Positions 27,525 to 37,259 of a DNA stretch of 38,160 nucleotides are shown here, in pieces. The stretch is from a virus (taxonomy: Duplodnaviria > Caudoviricetes). The position numbers and the translations under genes are program-made. Where the stretch lies: positions 1 through 38,160 of IMG/VR virus record IMGVR_UViG_3300048577_000484. The stretch is one strand, 5' to 3'. Position 1 is the stretch's first letter. Every line of letters starts with the position of its first letter. Under the pieces are notes generated by a model that worked only from the letters and a program-made list of their open reading frames with translations, was not told the DNA's origin and made no database searches.

Positions 27525-27896
27525 ATGAGCACCGACTATGTGGGCGTCATCGTCCTGTCGTTTGACGGCACGGACTACGACATCGAATCCATTGACACCA
27601 CGGACAAGACCGGCCGCAAGGCGGTCAAGACCATGAACCGCACCGGCGGCCCCAAGGGCTCGGCCAAGGGCGTGCGGGAGCATCCCATCAAGCTGACCGC
27701 TCCCATCCCGGTCACGGGCGAGCCGGACTGGTGGAACATGAAGGACGCCAAGATCACCATCGAACCCCTGGACTGCGCCGCCAAGACCGTCACCTATTCC
27801 GGCTTCAGCGTGGAAGAGGTGGGCAGCAAGTACCAGCAGGACGGCGAGGCCAAGCGGGACATCAGCGGCTTCGCCCTCAAGCGGGTGGAGGAGTAG
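27525..27896 (+). CDS. Tail tube protein
   Basis: 123 aa immediately after the sheath gene. Confidence 0.8.
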   Translation: MSTDYVGVIVLSFDGTDYDIESIDTTDKTGRKAVKTMNRTGGPKGSAKGVREHPIKLTAPIPVTGEPDWWNMKDAKITIEPLDCAAKTVTYSGFSVEEVGSKYQQDGEAKRDISGFALKRVEE

Positions 27897-27899
27897 CCC

Positions 27900-28406
27900 A
27901 TGCACGATCTGCTCACCAAACTGAAGGCGGGCGGCGCGGCCATCCGCCGCGTGACCCTGCCCCGCAAGGACGGCGACGGCCCGCAGCTGGGCCTGCGCGT
28001 GCTGACCGAGGCCGACTACCTGGAGGCTGGCTTGTCCGGCATCGACACCATGCGCGCCCGCGGGCACGAGGACGCCAACCTGTCCAGCTCCGAGCTGTTC
28101 GAGGGGGCCAAGGTGACGGAGCTTTTGGCCCGCGCCCTGGTGGACCCGGACAGCGGCGAGCCCCTGGCCAAGAACGCAGTGGAGCTGCGCGGCGTGCTCA
28201 CCCGTGCGGACAAGGTGTTCCTCATCGACCAGTACCTGGACCATGAGCGGGAGTTTTCGCCCAGCGAGGCCAACATGAGCGCCGAGGAGTTTGGCGAGCT
28301 GCTGCGCGAGGTAAAAAAAAATCCCGCGACGCCTCGTTTGAGCGATTTCAGTTCCGCTACGCTGAGAAGGCTCGTGCTGTCTTTGGCCGAGCCGGAGCAG
28401 AACTGA
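27900..28406 (+). CDS. Tail assembly chaperone (short form)
   Basis: Between tube and tape measure; contains an A9 slippery run at 28313-28321. Confidence 0.8.
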   Translation: MHDLLTKLKAGGAAIRRVTLPRKDGDGPQLGLRVLTEADYLEAGLSGIDTMRARGHEDANLSSSELFEGAKVTELLARALVDPDSGEPLAKNAVELRGVLTRADKVFLIDQYLDHEREFSPSEANMSAEEFGELLREVKKNPATPRLSDFSSATLRRLVLSLAEPEQN

Positions 28407-28549
28407 CGCGGGGCCAGTGGCTGTACCTGCTGGGCATGGTCCTGGCGGAGATTGAGGACACCAAGGACGCCGCCGACGGCAACAAGACGAAACGCTTTGT
28501 GGCCACCCGCCGCAAGCACGGCAAAACCAAGAAGAGGCCCCGCTCGTGA
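28313..28549 (+). other. -1 frameshift extension of the tail assembly chaperone
   Basis: The -1 frame from the A9 run is open (KKKSRDASFERFQFRY..KKRPRS) to TGA 28547-28549, which overlaps the tape measure GTG. Confidence 0.8.
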
Positions 28550-30357
28550 GCAACAACATGCAGCTTTTCATGCGCCTGAACTGGGACGGCGGCCGCGCGG
28601 CCGCCGGGCTCACGCAGGCTTCGGCGCAGGTCAAGCGGTTCACGGACGGGGCCTCGAAGCAATTCGCGGGGCTGCGCAAACAGGCCCACGACTTGAACAC
28701 GGCCATGGGCGGTTTCTCCGGCATCACCCGGCTGGCCGGGGCCTACCTCGGCGTGCAGGCCGCGCGCGAGACGCTGACCAAGAACATGGACTTCGACAAG
28801 ATCATTTTGGAGTCCAAGCAGCTGGCGGAAATGACCGAGGAACAGGCGGCGCGCATGCGCAAGCTCGCCTTGGACCTTTCCAAGAACAGCCTCTCCAGCC
28901 CGCTGGAGAACGCCGACGCCATCCGCACCCTGGCCAACGCGGGCATGAAGTACGACGAGATCGAATCCACGCTCCAAAAGATCGTAAGCGCCAGCGCCGT
29001 GTTCCGCTCCACCATGAAAGAGTTTGCGGACCTCGACTTCGACCTGGAGACAAAGTTCAAGATCGCCCCGGAGCAGCTCGATGCAGTGCACAACATGCTC
29101 TACTACCACGCCAAGGCTGGCCGTTTCGAGGCGCACTCCATCAGTTCCTACGCGCCGCAGTACCTGGCCGCCATGAACATGATGGGCTTCCAGGGCGTGC
29201 AGGGCACCAACTTTGCGGGCGCCATCCTCCAGGCCCTTCAGAAGATCAAGCCGCAGACCATGCCCTCGGAGACCGTTACCCTGATTGAGCACGGCTTGAG
29301 CCATTTGCTGAACGTCCGCGAGGGCAAGCACCTGCGCCAGGTCACCGGGATCGACATCAAGAAATTCGCCCCAGGCGGCAAGTTCAAGGGCGCGGATGGG
29401 CTTGAAGGCATGTTCGGCCTGCTGGAGGCCATGAAAAAGGCCGGCCTCGACAAGGACACCTTCAAGCTGGCCTCCGTCTTCCGCGACAAGTACGAGCGCG
29501 AGTTCTGGCAGGTGATTCTGCGGGACTTCGACGCCATCAAGACGGCCATGCGCGAGGGCGACCAGGCTGCCAAAAACGACCAGATCGCCACGGACTACAA
29601 AGAGATCCTTTCTCACCCTTACGCCAAGGTGAAGGGAGCGGAGAACACCGCCGAGCGCGCGCAGCTGAGCGGCGCGGCCACGGCCGGAACCAGCGCCTAT
29701 GCCGGGGTTTTGGAATACGCCACGGGGCACCCGGTGCAGGCCGGGGTCGGCGCGCTTGGCCTCTTCATGGCCGGACGCATGGCCTACAACCGCATCCGCA
29801 ACGGCAAGGCCGACGGCGGCGCGGGCGGCTTCGCGGACTCGGCCATGGGCATGGCCGGGGTGCAGCGCGTGTTCGTGGTCAACATGCCTGGCGGCATGGG
29901 CGGCGGCGGGCAATTGGCCTTGCCGCCGGGCGAAGGCTGGAGTCCCGCCGCCGCGGCCCAGGCCTCGCGCTGGGCTGGCGCGCTCGGCGCGGCCAAGGGC
30001 GCTCTGAAGTGGGGGGCCATCCCCACCGCCCTCTTTGCCGGATACGAGGCCTACGGCGTGGCCCACAACGACCAGCTGAACGCCGAGGCCAAAAAGACCG
30101 AGTACGGCCGCATTGCTGGCGGCGCGGCGGGCAGCCTGGGCGGCGCGGCCATCGGCGCAGGCATCGGTTCGATGTTCGGCGTCGTTGGGGCAATCCCCGG
30201 CGCGCTCATCGGGGGCTGGCTGGGCAACCTGTTGGGCGAGAAGGCGGGCCAAAAGGCTGCGGAGAAAATTCATCTTCAGACCACGATCCAGTTGGACGGA
30301 CGCGTGCTGGCCGAACAGATCCGGGAATACAACCGCGACACCGGGCTGCGGGACTAG
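28546..30357 (+). CDS. Tail tape measure protein
   Basis: 603 aa, helical, Ala/Gly-rich C-terminus; VQRVFVVNMP motif; synteny. Confidence 0.88.
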   Translation: MSNNMQLFMRLNWDGGRAAAGLTQASAQVKRFTDGASKQFAGLRKQAHDLNTAMGGFSGITRLAGAYLGVQAARETLTKNMDFDKIILESKQLAEMTEEQAARMRKLALDLSKNSLSSPLENADAIRTLANAGMKYDEIESTLQKIVSASAVFRSTMKEFADLDFDLETKFKIAPEQLDAVHNMLYYHAKAGRFEAHSISSYAPQYLAAMNMMGFQGVQGTNFAGAILQALQKIKPQTMPSETVTLIEHGLSHLLNVREGKHLRQVTGIDIKKFAPGGKFKGADGLEGMFGLLEAMKKAGLDKDTFKLASVFRDKYEREFWQVILRDFDAIKTAMREGDQAAKNDQIATDYKEILSHPYAKVKGAENTAERAQLSGAATAGTSAYAGVLEYATGHPVQAGVGALGLFMAGRMAYNRIRNGKADGGAGGFADSAMGMAGVQRVFVVNMPGGMGGGGQLALPPGEGWSPAAAAQASRWAGALGAAKGALKWGAIPTALFAGYEAYGVAHNDQLNAEAKKTEYGRIAGGAAGSLGGAAIGAGIGSMFGVVGAIPGALIGGWLGNLLGEKAGQKAAEKIHLQTTIQLDGRVLAEQIREYNRDTGLRD

Positions 30358-30366
30358 GGGGCGGGC

Positions 30367-31605
30367 ATGGCTTGGGAACAAAGACTGCTCGACGCCAAGT
30401 TCCGCGGCGTGACCTTCGACTGCCAGTTGTGGGATGACGATTGGGAACGCCATGCAGTGGAGCACACGCGCCCCTTTGTGGACGGCGCGAAAATGGAAGA
30501 CATGGGGCGCGGCGCGCGGCGCATGCGCATCAAGGCCATCTTTTTCGGCGACGACTATGAGGACCGGCTTGAGGCCTTCCTGAAGGTGCTGGACGAGCCC
30601 GGCCCCGGCGACCTGGTGCATCCGGTGTTCGGGCCGCTCAAGGCCCAGGTGGCCACCCCGCATGTGCACCACGAGGCCGAGAATGTGGACCAGGCCGAGG
30701 TGGAGGTGACCTTTGCGGAGAGCGCCCTCGGCGCGGCGTTGTTCACGTCCAGCAAGCCGGGACAGAAGGCCGCGGCCGTGGCCACCAAGTCCAGCTCCGT
30801 GCGGGAGGCCGCGGCGGCGGCCCTGGCCAAGGCCGTGGCCGTTTGCAAGAACATCACGGCCATGAGCCGGGCGGGCCTGCGGGTCATCGCCGAGCTGAAG
30901 GCCATGGTGGACACCGTGACCACCAGCGGGGCGGGCATCACCAGCATTCCCCGCGCCTGGGCCAGCGACGTGGCCAGCCTCATCGCCAGCGTCGTGGATC
31001 TGAAAAGCTTCAGCTCGTCCTCGCTCGTGTCGGACTGGAAAAGCACGGTCGCCATACTGAATTCGGCGATCCTTTCGCTGACCTCGAACAACTCGTCGGC
31101 CACCTCGTCCGCGTCTTCCGGCTCGGGCGGCTCCAGCGACGCCACCCTGACCCTCACCCCCGGCGACGAGCTGGACAAGGTGCGGGCGCACGTGGAGCTG
31201 GAGCGCGCGCTCGGCATCGCCGAGGCCACGCAAGCCGTGCTGGAATCCGAGGCGGACACCCCAACCCTGACGCCGGACGAGATCGAGGCCGTGACGGCGA
31301 CCACGCGCGAACGCCTGCAAGCGAGCATCGACACCTACCGCGCCCTGTACGGCTTGGAAGAGCACCGCCCGGTCACCGAGGGCCTGAAGGACGTTGCCGC
31401 CGCGATACTGGCCGCCGCCGAGGCCATTATGGAGGCCAAGCCGCCCTTGGTCGACCACACCCTGGCCGCGCGCACCTGCCCGCGCCTGCTGGCCCACCAG
31501 CTTTACGGCGACCACACCCGCGCGGCCGAGATCCTGCGGCTGAACGCCCTGGCGGACCCCAACTTTCTGACTCCCGGCGAGGTGCTCCGTGTCTACGCAA
31601 GCTAA
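30367..31605 (+). CDS. DNA circularisation protein (Mu gpN-like)
   Basis: W..RLLDAKFRGVTF, EDMGR, GPGDLVHPVFG and LYGDHTRAAEILRLN motifs. Confidence 0.9.
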   Translation: MAWEQRLLDAKFRGVTFDCQLWDDDWERHAVEHTRPFVDGAKMEDMGRGARRMRIKAIFFGDDYEDRLEAFLKVLDEPGPGDLVHPVFGPLKAQVATPHVHHEAENVDQAEVEVTFAESALGAALFTSSKPGQKAAAVATKSSSVREAAAAALAKAVAVCKNITAMSRAGLRVIAELKAMVDTVTTSGAGITSIPRAWASDVASLIASVVDLKSFSSSSLVSDWKSTVAILNSAILSLTSNNSSATSSASSGSGGSSDATLTLTPGDELDKVRAHVELERALGIAEATQAVLESEADTPTLTPDEIEAVTATTRERLQASIDTYRALYGLEEHRPVTEGLKDVAAAILAAAEAIMEAKPPLVDHTLAARTCPRLLAHQLYGDHTRAAEILRLNALADPNFLTPGEVLRVYAS

Positions 31606-32764
31606 ATCGTGGCAGGCGGAAAACGAGAAGGTCGCGCTCCTGGTGGCGGGCAAGGCCCATGACGAGTGGAACGGCTATGAGGTGGACTCGGACCTGCTGA
31701 CCCCGGCGGACGCCTGGCGCGTGCGCCTGGGCCTCTCGGAGGACAGCTCGCTGCCCTCGGACGTTGTTCCGGGCACGGCGTGCGAGCTGCGCGTCGGGCC
31801 GGACCTGGTGATGACCGGCCGTATCGACGACGTGCGCGTGCGCGTGGACAAGCGCGGCCACTCGCTGGAGATCCTGGGCCGCGACGGCGCGGCGACCCTG
31901 CTCGACTGTTCCGCCCCTCTCGTGGGCGGCCGCAAGCTCGGCCTGGAGGACATCATCACCCGCGTGGTGCGGCCCCTTGGCATCGTCCGGGTGCGCCTGG
32001 CCATGGCCAACGGAGTGGCCCGCCAGCGCGAGAAGGTGACGGTGGAGCCCGGCGACACCGCCTGGGACACCCTGGCCCACGTGGCCGAGGCCAACGGCAT
32101 GTGGCCGTGGATGGACCCGGACGGCACGCTGGTCATCGGCGGCCCGGACTACTCTGACGCCACCAACCCGGCCGTGGCCACCCTGTGCCTGGCCCCGCGC
32201 AAGGCGGGAGAGATGGGCATCACCAACGTGGCCAGCCTTGAGCGCCGCGAATCCGTGGCCGAGCGGTACAGCACCATCACCGTGCTGGGGCAGACCCACG
32301 GCACCGAGGCCACGGAAGGCAAGCACGGCCTCAAGTCCTCCGCCGTAGACCCGGACCTGGAGGCTATCTGGCCGCGCCGCAAGATCGTCACCGACTACGA
32401 GGCGGACAGCGTGGCCGTGTGCCGCTCCCGTTCGCAGAAGCTCCTGGCGGACGGCCGCCTGAAGGGCTTTGAGCTGCGGGGGGAGGTGCAAGGGCACCGC
32501 ATCAACGCGCCGGGCATGCCCGGCCACGGCAAGCTCTGGACGCCTGGCCAGCGGGTGCAGGTCATCGCCCCGCCCGTGGGCTGCGTGGGCACCTATTTTC
32601 TCATGGCGCGCACCTTCGTGCTTTCGCAGAGCGAGGGCACCATGACCCGCCTTTCCCTGCGGGAGGACAAGGTGTGGATCTTGGAGGCCCACCCGCACAA
32701 GCGCAAGCACCGCAAGGGCAAGAACTACGCGCCGGAAATCGCGGACGAGGCGGGCGACGTATGA
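31589..32764 (+). CDS. Baseplate hub (Mu gp44/P-like)
   Basis: W..YEVDSDLLTPADAW, GRD..L.DCSAP and LWTPGQRV motifs. Confidence 0.88.
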   Translation: MSTQAKSWQAENEKVALLVAGKAHDEWNGYEVDSDLLTPADAWRVRLGLSEDSSLPSDVVPGTACELRVGPDLVMTGRIDDVRVRVDKRGHSLEILGRDGAATLLDCSAPLVGGRKLGLEDIITRVVRPLGIVRVRLAMANGVARQREKVTVEPGDTAWDTLAHVAEANGMWPWMDPDGTLVIGGPDYSDATNPAVATLCLAPRKAGEMGITNVASLERRESVAERYSTITVLGQTHGTEATEGKHGLKSSAVDPDLEAIWPRRKIVTDYEADSVAVCRSRSQKLLADGRLKGFELRGEVQGHRINAPGMPGHGKLWTPGQRVQVIAPPVGCVGTYFLMARTFVLSQSEGTMTRLSLREDKVWILEAHPHKRKHRKGKNYAPEIADEAGDV

Positions 32765-33327
32765 AGAAGCTCATCATGGAATGCGTGCAACGCGCCCTGG
32801 CCGGCCTGCGCCTGGCCTACCGCGCCAGGCTGACCGCCCGCGCGGACGGTGCCGGTGTGCAGCTGCTCCAGGGCGATGCCCTGGCCGGGGAAACCATGCA
32901 GGCGGCCGAGCTGTTCCAGCACTTCGGCTTTACCAGCGCGCCCCCTGCCGGAACGCAGCTCATCGTGCTGCCCCTTGGGGGGCAGAGCGCGCACAGCGTG
33001 GTCATCGCCACGGAGAACGGCTCCTATCGCGTGGACGTGCAGAGCGGCGAGGCCTGCGTTTACAACCAGTGGGGCGACAAGATCCACCTGAAGCAGGAGC
33101 GCATCGAGGTGGAAACCAAGACGTTTCAGGTGACGGCCACGGAGGAGGTGCTCTTTAAGACGCCTGCCTTCAACATGGTGGCCACGGACGGCGGAGCCAC
33201 GGCGGCGAGCATTACCGGCACGCTGCACGCGTCCCAGGACATGACAGCGGGCGACGTGTCCCTGCGTGGCCATGTGCATGTGGAGCACGACAACGGCGGC
33301 CCCACGGCCCCGCCCACGGGGAGCTAG
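32761..33327 (+). CDS. Baseplate spike (Mu gp45-like)
   Basis: QHFGFTSAPP motif and C-terminal HVH metal-binding motif. Confidence 0.88.
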   Translation: MKKLIMECVQRALAGLRLAYRARLTARADGAGVQLLQGDALAGETMQAAELFQHFGFTSAPPAGTQLIVLPLGGQSAHSVVIATENGSYRVDVQSGEACVYNQWGDKIHLKQERIEVETKTFQVTATEEVLFKTPAFNMVATDGGATAASITGTLHASQDMTAGDVSLRGHVHVEHDNGGPTAPPTGS

Positions 33328-33330
33328 ATC

Positions 33331-33705
33331 ATGGCGGACGCATATCTCGATCCCACCACCGGCGGCTACACGCTGACCGACGGCAACCTGACCCCGGACC
33401 CGGCGCGCGGCCTGGGCAACGCCGTGTACCTGCGGCTCATGACCCCGCTGGGCAGCTATTGGGCCGACGCCACCCTGGGCTCCAGGCTGCACGAGCTGGA
33501 GCGGGAGAAGGACCTGGCGCGCGTGGCCCAGCTGGCCAAGAAGTATAGCGAGCAGGCGCTTCAGCCGCTCTTGGATGACGGCCGCGCGAAGGCCATCGCC
33601 GTTTCGACCGAGCGCCTGCACGACGGCTGGCTGCGCCTGGCCGTAGGCGTCACCGACGCGGGCGGCCGTGAACACCTGTTCAACCACCATGTGAGGGTCA
33701 TGTAA
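33331..33705 (+). CDS. Baseplate protein (Mu gp46-like)
   Basis: YLRLMTPLGSYWAD..LGSRLHEL and ALQPLLDDGRA motifs. Confidence 0.88.
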   Translation: MADAYLDPTTGGYTLTDGNLTPDPARGLGNAVYLRLMTPLGSYWADATLGSRLHELEREKDLARVAQLAKKYSEQALQPLLDDGRAKAIAVSTERLHDGWLRLAVGVTDAGGREHLFNHHVRVM

Positions 33706-34763
33706 TGGGCTTCACTCCCAAGGAATACGCGGACATCAAGGCCGACATGCTGCGCGACGTGCAGAGCCAGCTGCCGGATGCGAGCGTCACCACGGATTCG
33801 GACTTCGGCGTGCGCGCCGGAGCCGTGGCCGCCGCGGTGGAGGGGCTTTACGAGCACCAGGCGTGGATCGCGCGCCAGGTGTTCCCGGATACCGCAGACG
33901 CCGAGTACCTGGAGAAACACGCCAGCAACCACGGCCTCACGCGCAAGCGGGCCACCATCGCCCAAGGCGCGGCCACGCTCTCCGGCACGCCGGGCGCTGT
34001 GGTGCCCCTGGGAACGGAGGCGAAGACGGTTGCAGGGCTGGTGCTCCTCACCACGGCCGAGGCCACCATCGGCGCGGGCGGCACCGTGGCCGTGCCGGTG
34101 CAGGGCGGCGCGGCGGGCAGCGCGTACAACATGGACGCGGGCGCGGCGCTCACCCTCACCAGCGCACCCAGCGGCGTGCAGAGCGTGGCCGTGCTGACAA
34201 GCGCCACCATCGGCGGCACGAACGCTGAAACCGACGCCGAGCTGCTGGCCCGCGTGCTTGACGTGATGCAGAACCCGCCCGCCGGTGGCAACAAGGCCGA
34301 TTGGCGGCGCTGGGCCATGAACGTGGACGGCGTGACTGAGGCCTATGTGTTCCCCCTGCGCCGGGGCCTGGGCACGGTGGACGTGTGCGTAACCTCGGCC
34401 GGGGGTGCGCCTTCGGCCGCGACTCTAGAGGCGGTGCGCGCTTACCTGGACGCCGTGCGCCCTACCGCAGCCAATGACTTTTTGGTTCTGGGCCCCAGCA
34501 TTGTGCTGGTGGACGTGGCCGCACTGGCGCGGCTCTATGGCCTCACCTTGGCCCAGGCCAAAACGGCCGTTGAAACGGCCTTGGCCGCCTACTTCGCCAC
34601 CCTGGAGCCGGGCGACCCCGTGTACCTCTCGCGCATCGAGACGGCCATCTCCGGCGTGCTGGGCGTGGTGGACCGTGTAGTGACGAGCCCGACCGCCAAC
34701 GTGCCCATGGGTGCCATCGAATGGGCTCGCCTGGGCACCGTCACTGTGGGGCTGCTGGCATGA
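33705..34763 (+). CDS. Baseplate wedge, J-like (Mu gp47)
   Basis: FPDTAD, GG.NAETDAELLAR, PPAGGN..DW..WA and RRGLGTVDV motifs. Confidence 0.9.
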   Translation: MGFTPKEYADIKADMLRDVQSQLPDASVTTDSDFGVRAGAVAAAVEGLYEHQAWIARQVFPDTADAEYLEKHASNHGLTRKRATIAQGAATLSGTPGAVVPLGTEAKTVAGLVLLTTAEATIGAGGTVAVPVQGGAAGSAYNMDAGAALTLTSAPSGVQSVAVLTSATIGGTNAETDAELLARVLDVMQNPPAGGNKADWRRWAMNVDGVTEAYVFPLRRGLGTVDVCVTSAGGAPSAATLEAVRAYLDAVRPTAANDFLVLGPSIVLVDVAALARLYGLTLAQAKTAVETALAAYFATLEPGDPVYLSRIETAISGVLGVVDRVVTSPTANVPMGAIEWARLGTVTVGLLA

Positions 34764-35329
34764 ACGGACACGCGGAACTTTTGACGCTGCTCTTGCCCAA
34801 GCCCTACGAGGCCACGGACGAGGTGCTTTCCGCCAGCCTGGCGGCCGAGGGCGCGGCGCTGGACGCCGCCCACGCCAGTGCCCTGGTGGTGGCCGAGGCC
34901 ATCAGCCCGGCCGGGGCGGACGGCCTGTGGCTGGCGGATTGGGAGCGTGTGCTGGGCCTGCCGGACACCTGCGCGGGCGGCTACGCCCAGACCCAGGCGG
35001 AGCGCATCGCCGCGGCCCTGTCCAAAATGCGCCAGCGCGGCGGCTTGAGCCGGGCCTACTTCATCGGCGTGGCGGCGGCGCTGGGCTACGCCATCACCAT
35101 CGAAGAGCACGCGGTCTACACCTGCGAGAGCCCGTGCGACCAGCCCATTTGCGACGAACCCTGGCGCTTCGTCTGGACCGTGCGCGGGCCGGAAGTGACC
35201 ATCCGCGAATTTTCCTGCGGTTCCGGCTGTAGCGACCCCTTGGCCAGCTGGGGCAACGCGCAGCTGGAGTGCCTCATCAACCGGCTGAAGCCCGCCCACA
35301 CGTACGTTATTTTCGCCTACGGCGAGTAG
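34760..35329 (+). CDS. Baseplate wedge (Mu gp48/DUF2313-like)
   Basis: LADWERVLGLPD, GGLSRAYF and LECLINRLKPAHT motifs. Confidence 0.88.
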   Translation: MNGHAELLTLLLPKPYEATDEVLSASLAAEGAALDAAHASALVVAEAISPAGADGLWLADWERVLGLPDTCAGGYAQTQAERIAAALSKMRQRGGLSRAYFIGVAAALGYAITIEEHAVYTCESPCDQPICDEPWRFVWTVRGPEVTIREFSCGSGCSDPLASWGNAQLECLINRLKPAHTYVIFAYGE

Positions 35330-35352
35330 CCCCGGCAATCAGGAGGAACCCC

Positions 35353-36117
35353 ATGCAAAGAGTCAAGACCGCAACCGCCGTCACCAGCAAGCCCGCGTAC
35401 AGCGAGACCGGCACGCCCGGCTACTTCGTCAACGGCGACGCCGTGGCGGGCACCCCGGCCACCGTGCCCGGTCAGGACTGGTTCAACATGGTGCAGGAGG
35501 AGCTGCGCAACCTGGTGGTGGCCGCCGGGCTGACGCCCAGCGCCACGGATGACACTCAGCTGGCCCAGGCCGTGGCGGAGCTTATTACCGCCCACCAAGT
35601 GACGATTTCCAACGCCAGCGAGACCGTGGCGGGCATCATCAAGCAGTCCACCACCGCGCAGGCCCTGGCCGGGACCAACGACGACACGGCCATGAGCCCG
35701 GCCGATTCCACTTCGTTGGTTAACGCCATCGTGAGCGCGGCCCTCGCCAATGTGGCCAGGACCAACGTGGCGCAGGGCTGGACCAAGCAGCAGTACCCGG
35801 TGCCCACGGAGGCCACCGGCGTGAGCGGCACCGTGACCCTGGATTGCAATGCTCCCGAGTATTGGCAGGCGCTCACCGGGGCCACCACCTACGCCAACCC
35901 GAGCAACATGACCAAGGGCAAGCGCGTGACGCTGGATCTGTACGCAGCGGCCGCGCAGACGGTGAGCTGGGGCTCGCTGTGGGTGGACAACACCTACATG
36001 GCCAAGCCCACCAGCCTCTCCGCCGGGCAGCGCCTGCGCATGACCTTCGACTGCGTGTGGAACTACTCCCTCGCCGCGCTGTGCATGCAGCTCGTCGGCC
36101 TGGTGCCGGGGGTCTAG
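35353..36117 (+). CDS. Short tail fibre protein
   Basis: Mu-type fibre N-terminus (PATVPGQDWFNMVQEEL..QL.QA); AGGAGG RBS. Confidence 0.8.
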   Translation: MQRVKTATAVTSKPAYSETGTPGYFVNGDAVAGTPATVPGQDWFNMVQEELRNLVVAAGLTPSATDDTQLAQAVAELITAHQVTISNASETVAGIIKQSTTAQALAGTNDDTAMSPADSTSLVNAIVSAALANVARTNVAQGWTKQQYPVPTEATGVSGTVTLDCNAPEYWQALTGATTYANPSNMTKGKRVTLDLYAAAAQTVSWGSLWVDNTYMAKPTSLSAGQRLRMTFDCVWNYSLAALCMQLVGLVPGV

Positions 36118-36119
36118 CC

Positions 36120-36557
36120 ATGCTCGGCGGCAATCTCGTCGGCATGTTGCACCCGTCCGAGACGGACATCGCGCCCCTGGCCACCATCACGGCCACGGGC
36201 TCGCCCAATGGCGGGCTGCTCTCCTACCTGGTGGATGGCAACAACTCGACCATGGCGTCTTACCAGGGGGCCGGGGCGAGCTTCATCTTCGACTTCGGCA
36301 CGCTCAAGCGCAACCTGTGGCGGCTGCGCCTCTCCGTCAACGCGGGCACCGGCCCGGTCTGGTGCAAGCTCTGCTACTCGGACGACCTGGGCGTGACCTG
36401 GCTGGACACCAACCTGACGTCCGTCACCCAGCCCTTGGGGGCCGCCATCACGGACTACGCCGTCAACGACTTCGGCTTTCACCGGCATTGGGGCCTTATC
36501 TCCAGCACCGGCATCCAATACACCACCGTGGGCATGTTCCCACGCCTGTTCTTCTAG
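36120..36557 (+). CDS. Putative receptor-binding / discoidin-like beta protein
   Basis: LVDGNNST..FIFDFG..YSDD.G.TW..RHW pattern reminiscent of F5/8 type C domains. Confidence 0.55.
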   Translation: MLGGNLVGMLHPSETDIAPLATITATGSPNGGLLSYLVDGNNSTMASYQGAGASFIFDFGTLKRNLWRLRLSVNAGTGPVWCKLCYSDDLGVTWLDTNLTSVTQPLGAAITDYAVNDFGFHRHWGLISSTGIQYTTVGMFPRLFF

Positions 36558-36566
36558 GAGGACCGC

Positions 36567-37070
36567 ATGAACCTGTACAGCTACCCCGCCGGGACCATCG
36601 TCAACGGCCAGGCCCTTGCCGAGCGCACCGCGCTGCCCCCTTGCGTGGTGGCCATCAACGAGATCACCCACGGCCCGGAGATCTGCGAGCTGTGGACGCC
36701 CGAGGCCCTGGTGGAGCTTGGCATCAAGAAGGTGGTTTGCGAGGCGCTGCCGGTGGACGCCAACGGCTGGCCCAACCTGCCCGGCGAGCCGGTGGACGTG
36801 GAGGGCGAGACGGAGATCCAGCGCAGCTACCCCAACGCCTCGCCGGACGTGGAAGGCTGGGCGGCGCACCTGGAGACCCTGGCCACGGCCGTGCGCACCG
36901 CGCGCGACGCCAAGCTCACGGCCTGCGATTGGACCCAGCTGGCGGACTCGCCGCTTGCCGCAGACCTCAAGGCCAGCTGGGCGACCTACCGCCAGGCCCT
37001 GCGGGACATCACCACGCAGGCTGCCTTCCCGGTGACGGTGGAGTGGCCGAGCGCGCCTGCGGAGAGCTAG
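36567..37070 (+). CDS. Tail fibre assembly chaperone
   Basis: R..RD.KL..CDWTQL.DSP..W.TYRQALRDIT.Q..FP..V.WP motif. Confidence 0.85.
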   Translation: MNLYSYPAGTIVNGQALAERTALPPCVVAINEITHGPEICELWTPEALVELGIKKVVCEALPVDANGWPNLPGEPVDVEGETEIQRSYPNASPDVEGWAAHLETLATAVRTARDAKLTACDWTQLADSPLAADLKASWATYRQALRDITTQAAFPVTVEWPSAPAES

Positions 37071-37075
37071 ATTTT

Positions 37076-37113
37076 GAGGGCGGCGGCGGGGCCAAGAGGC
37101 CCCGGCCGCCTTT
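37076..37113 (+). terminator. GC-rich hairpin after the tail operon, possible terminator
   Basis: GAGGGCGGC/GCCGCCTTT outer stem and CGGGGCC-AAGA-GGCCCCG inner stem; only a short T tract. Confidence 0.45.
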
Positions 37114-37121
37114 GAGAGAGT

Positions 37122-37197
37122 GGAGAGGCGGGGGAGATTGAGCCCTCCCCCACTGGCCCGGTGTTAGAGCACCGGACCACGGCCGAAGCCGCTCTCC
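37122..37197 (+). ncRNA. Cloverleaf-like structured element upstream of com
   Basis: Closing stem GGAGAG/CTCTCC with three internal hairpins. Confidence 0.5.
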
Positions 37198-37259
37198 GGC
37201 CCGTGCGCACGGGGTACCGGAGGGGTAGCAGGCAAGAGGCCCAACCGTCAAAAGGAACC

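Noticed and set aside
28357-31653. 1098-aa minus-strand ORF
   Set aside because: Antisense shadow of the tape measure and gpN genes
37122-37197. Cloverleaf as a true tRNA gene
   Set aside because: No TTC T-loop, D-loop GG, 7-nt anticodon loop or CCA; arm lengths do not fit
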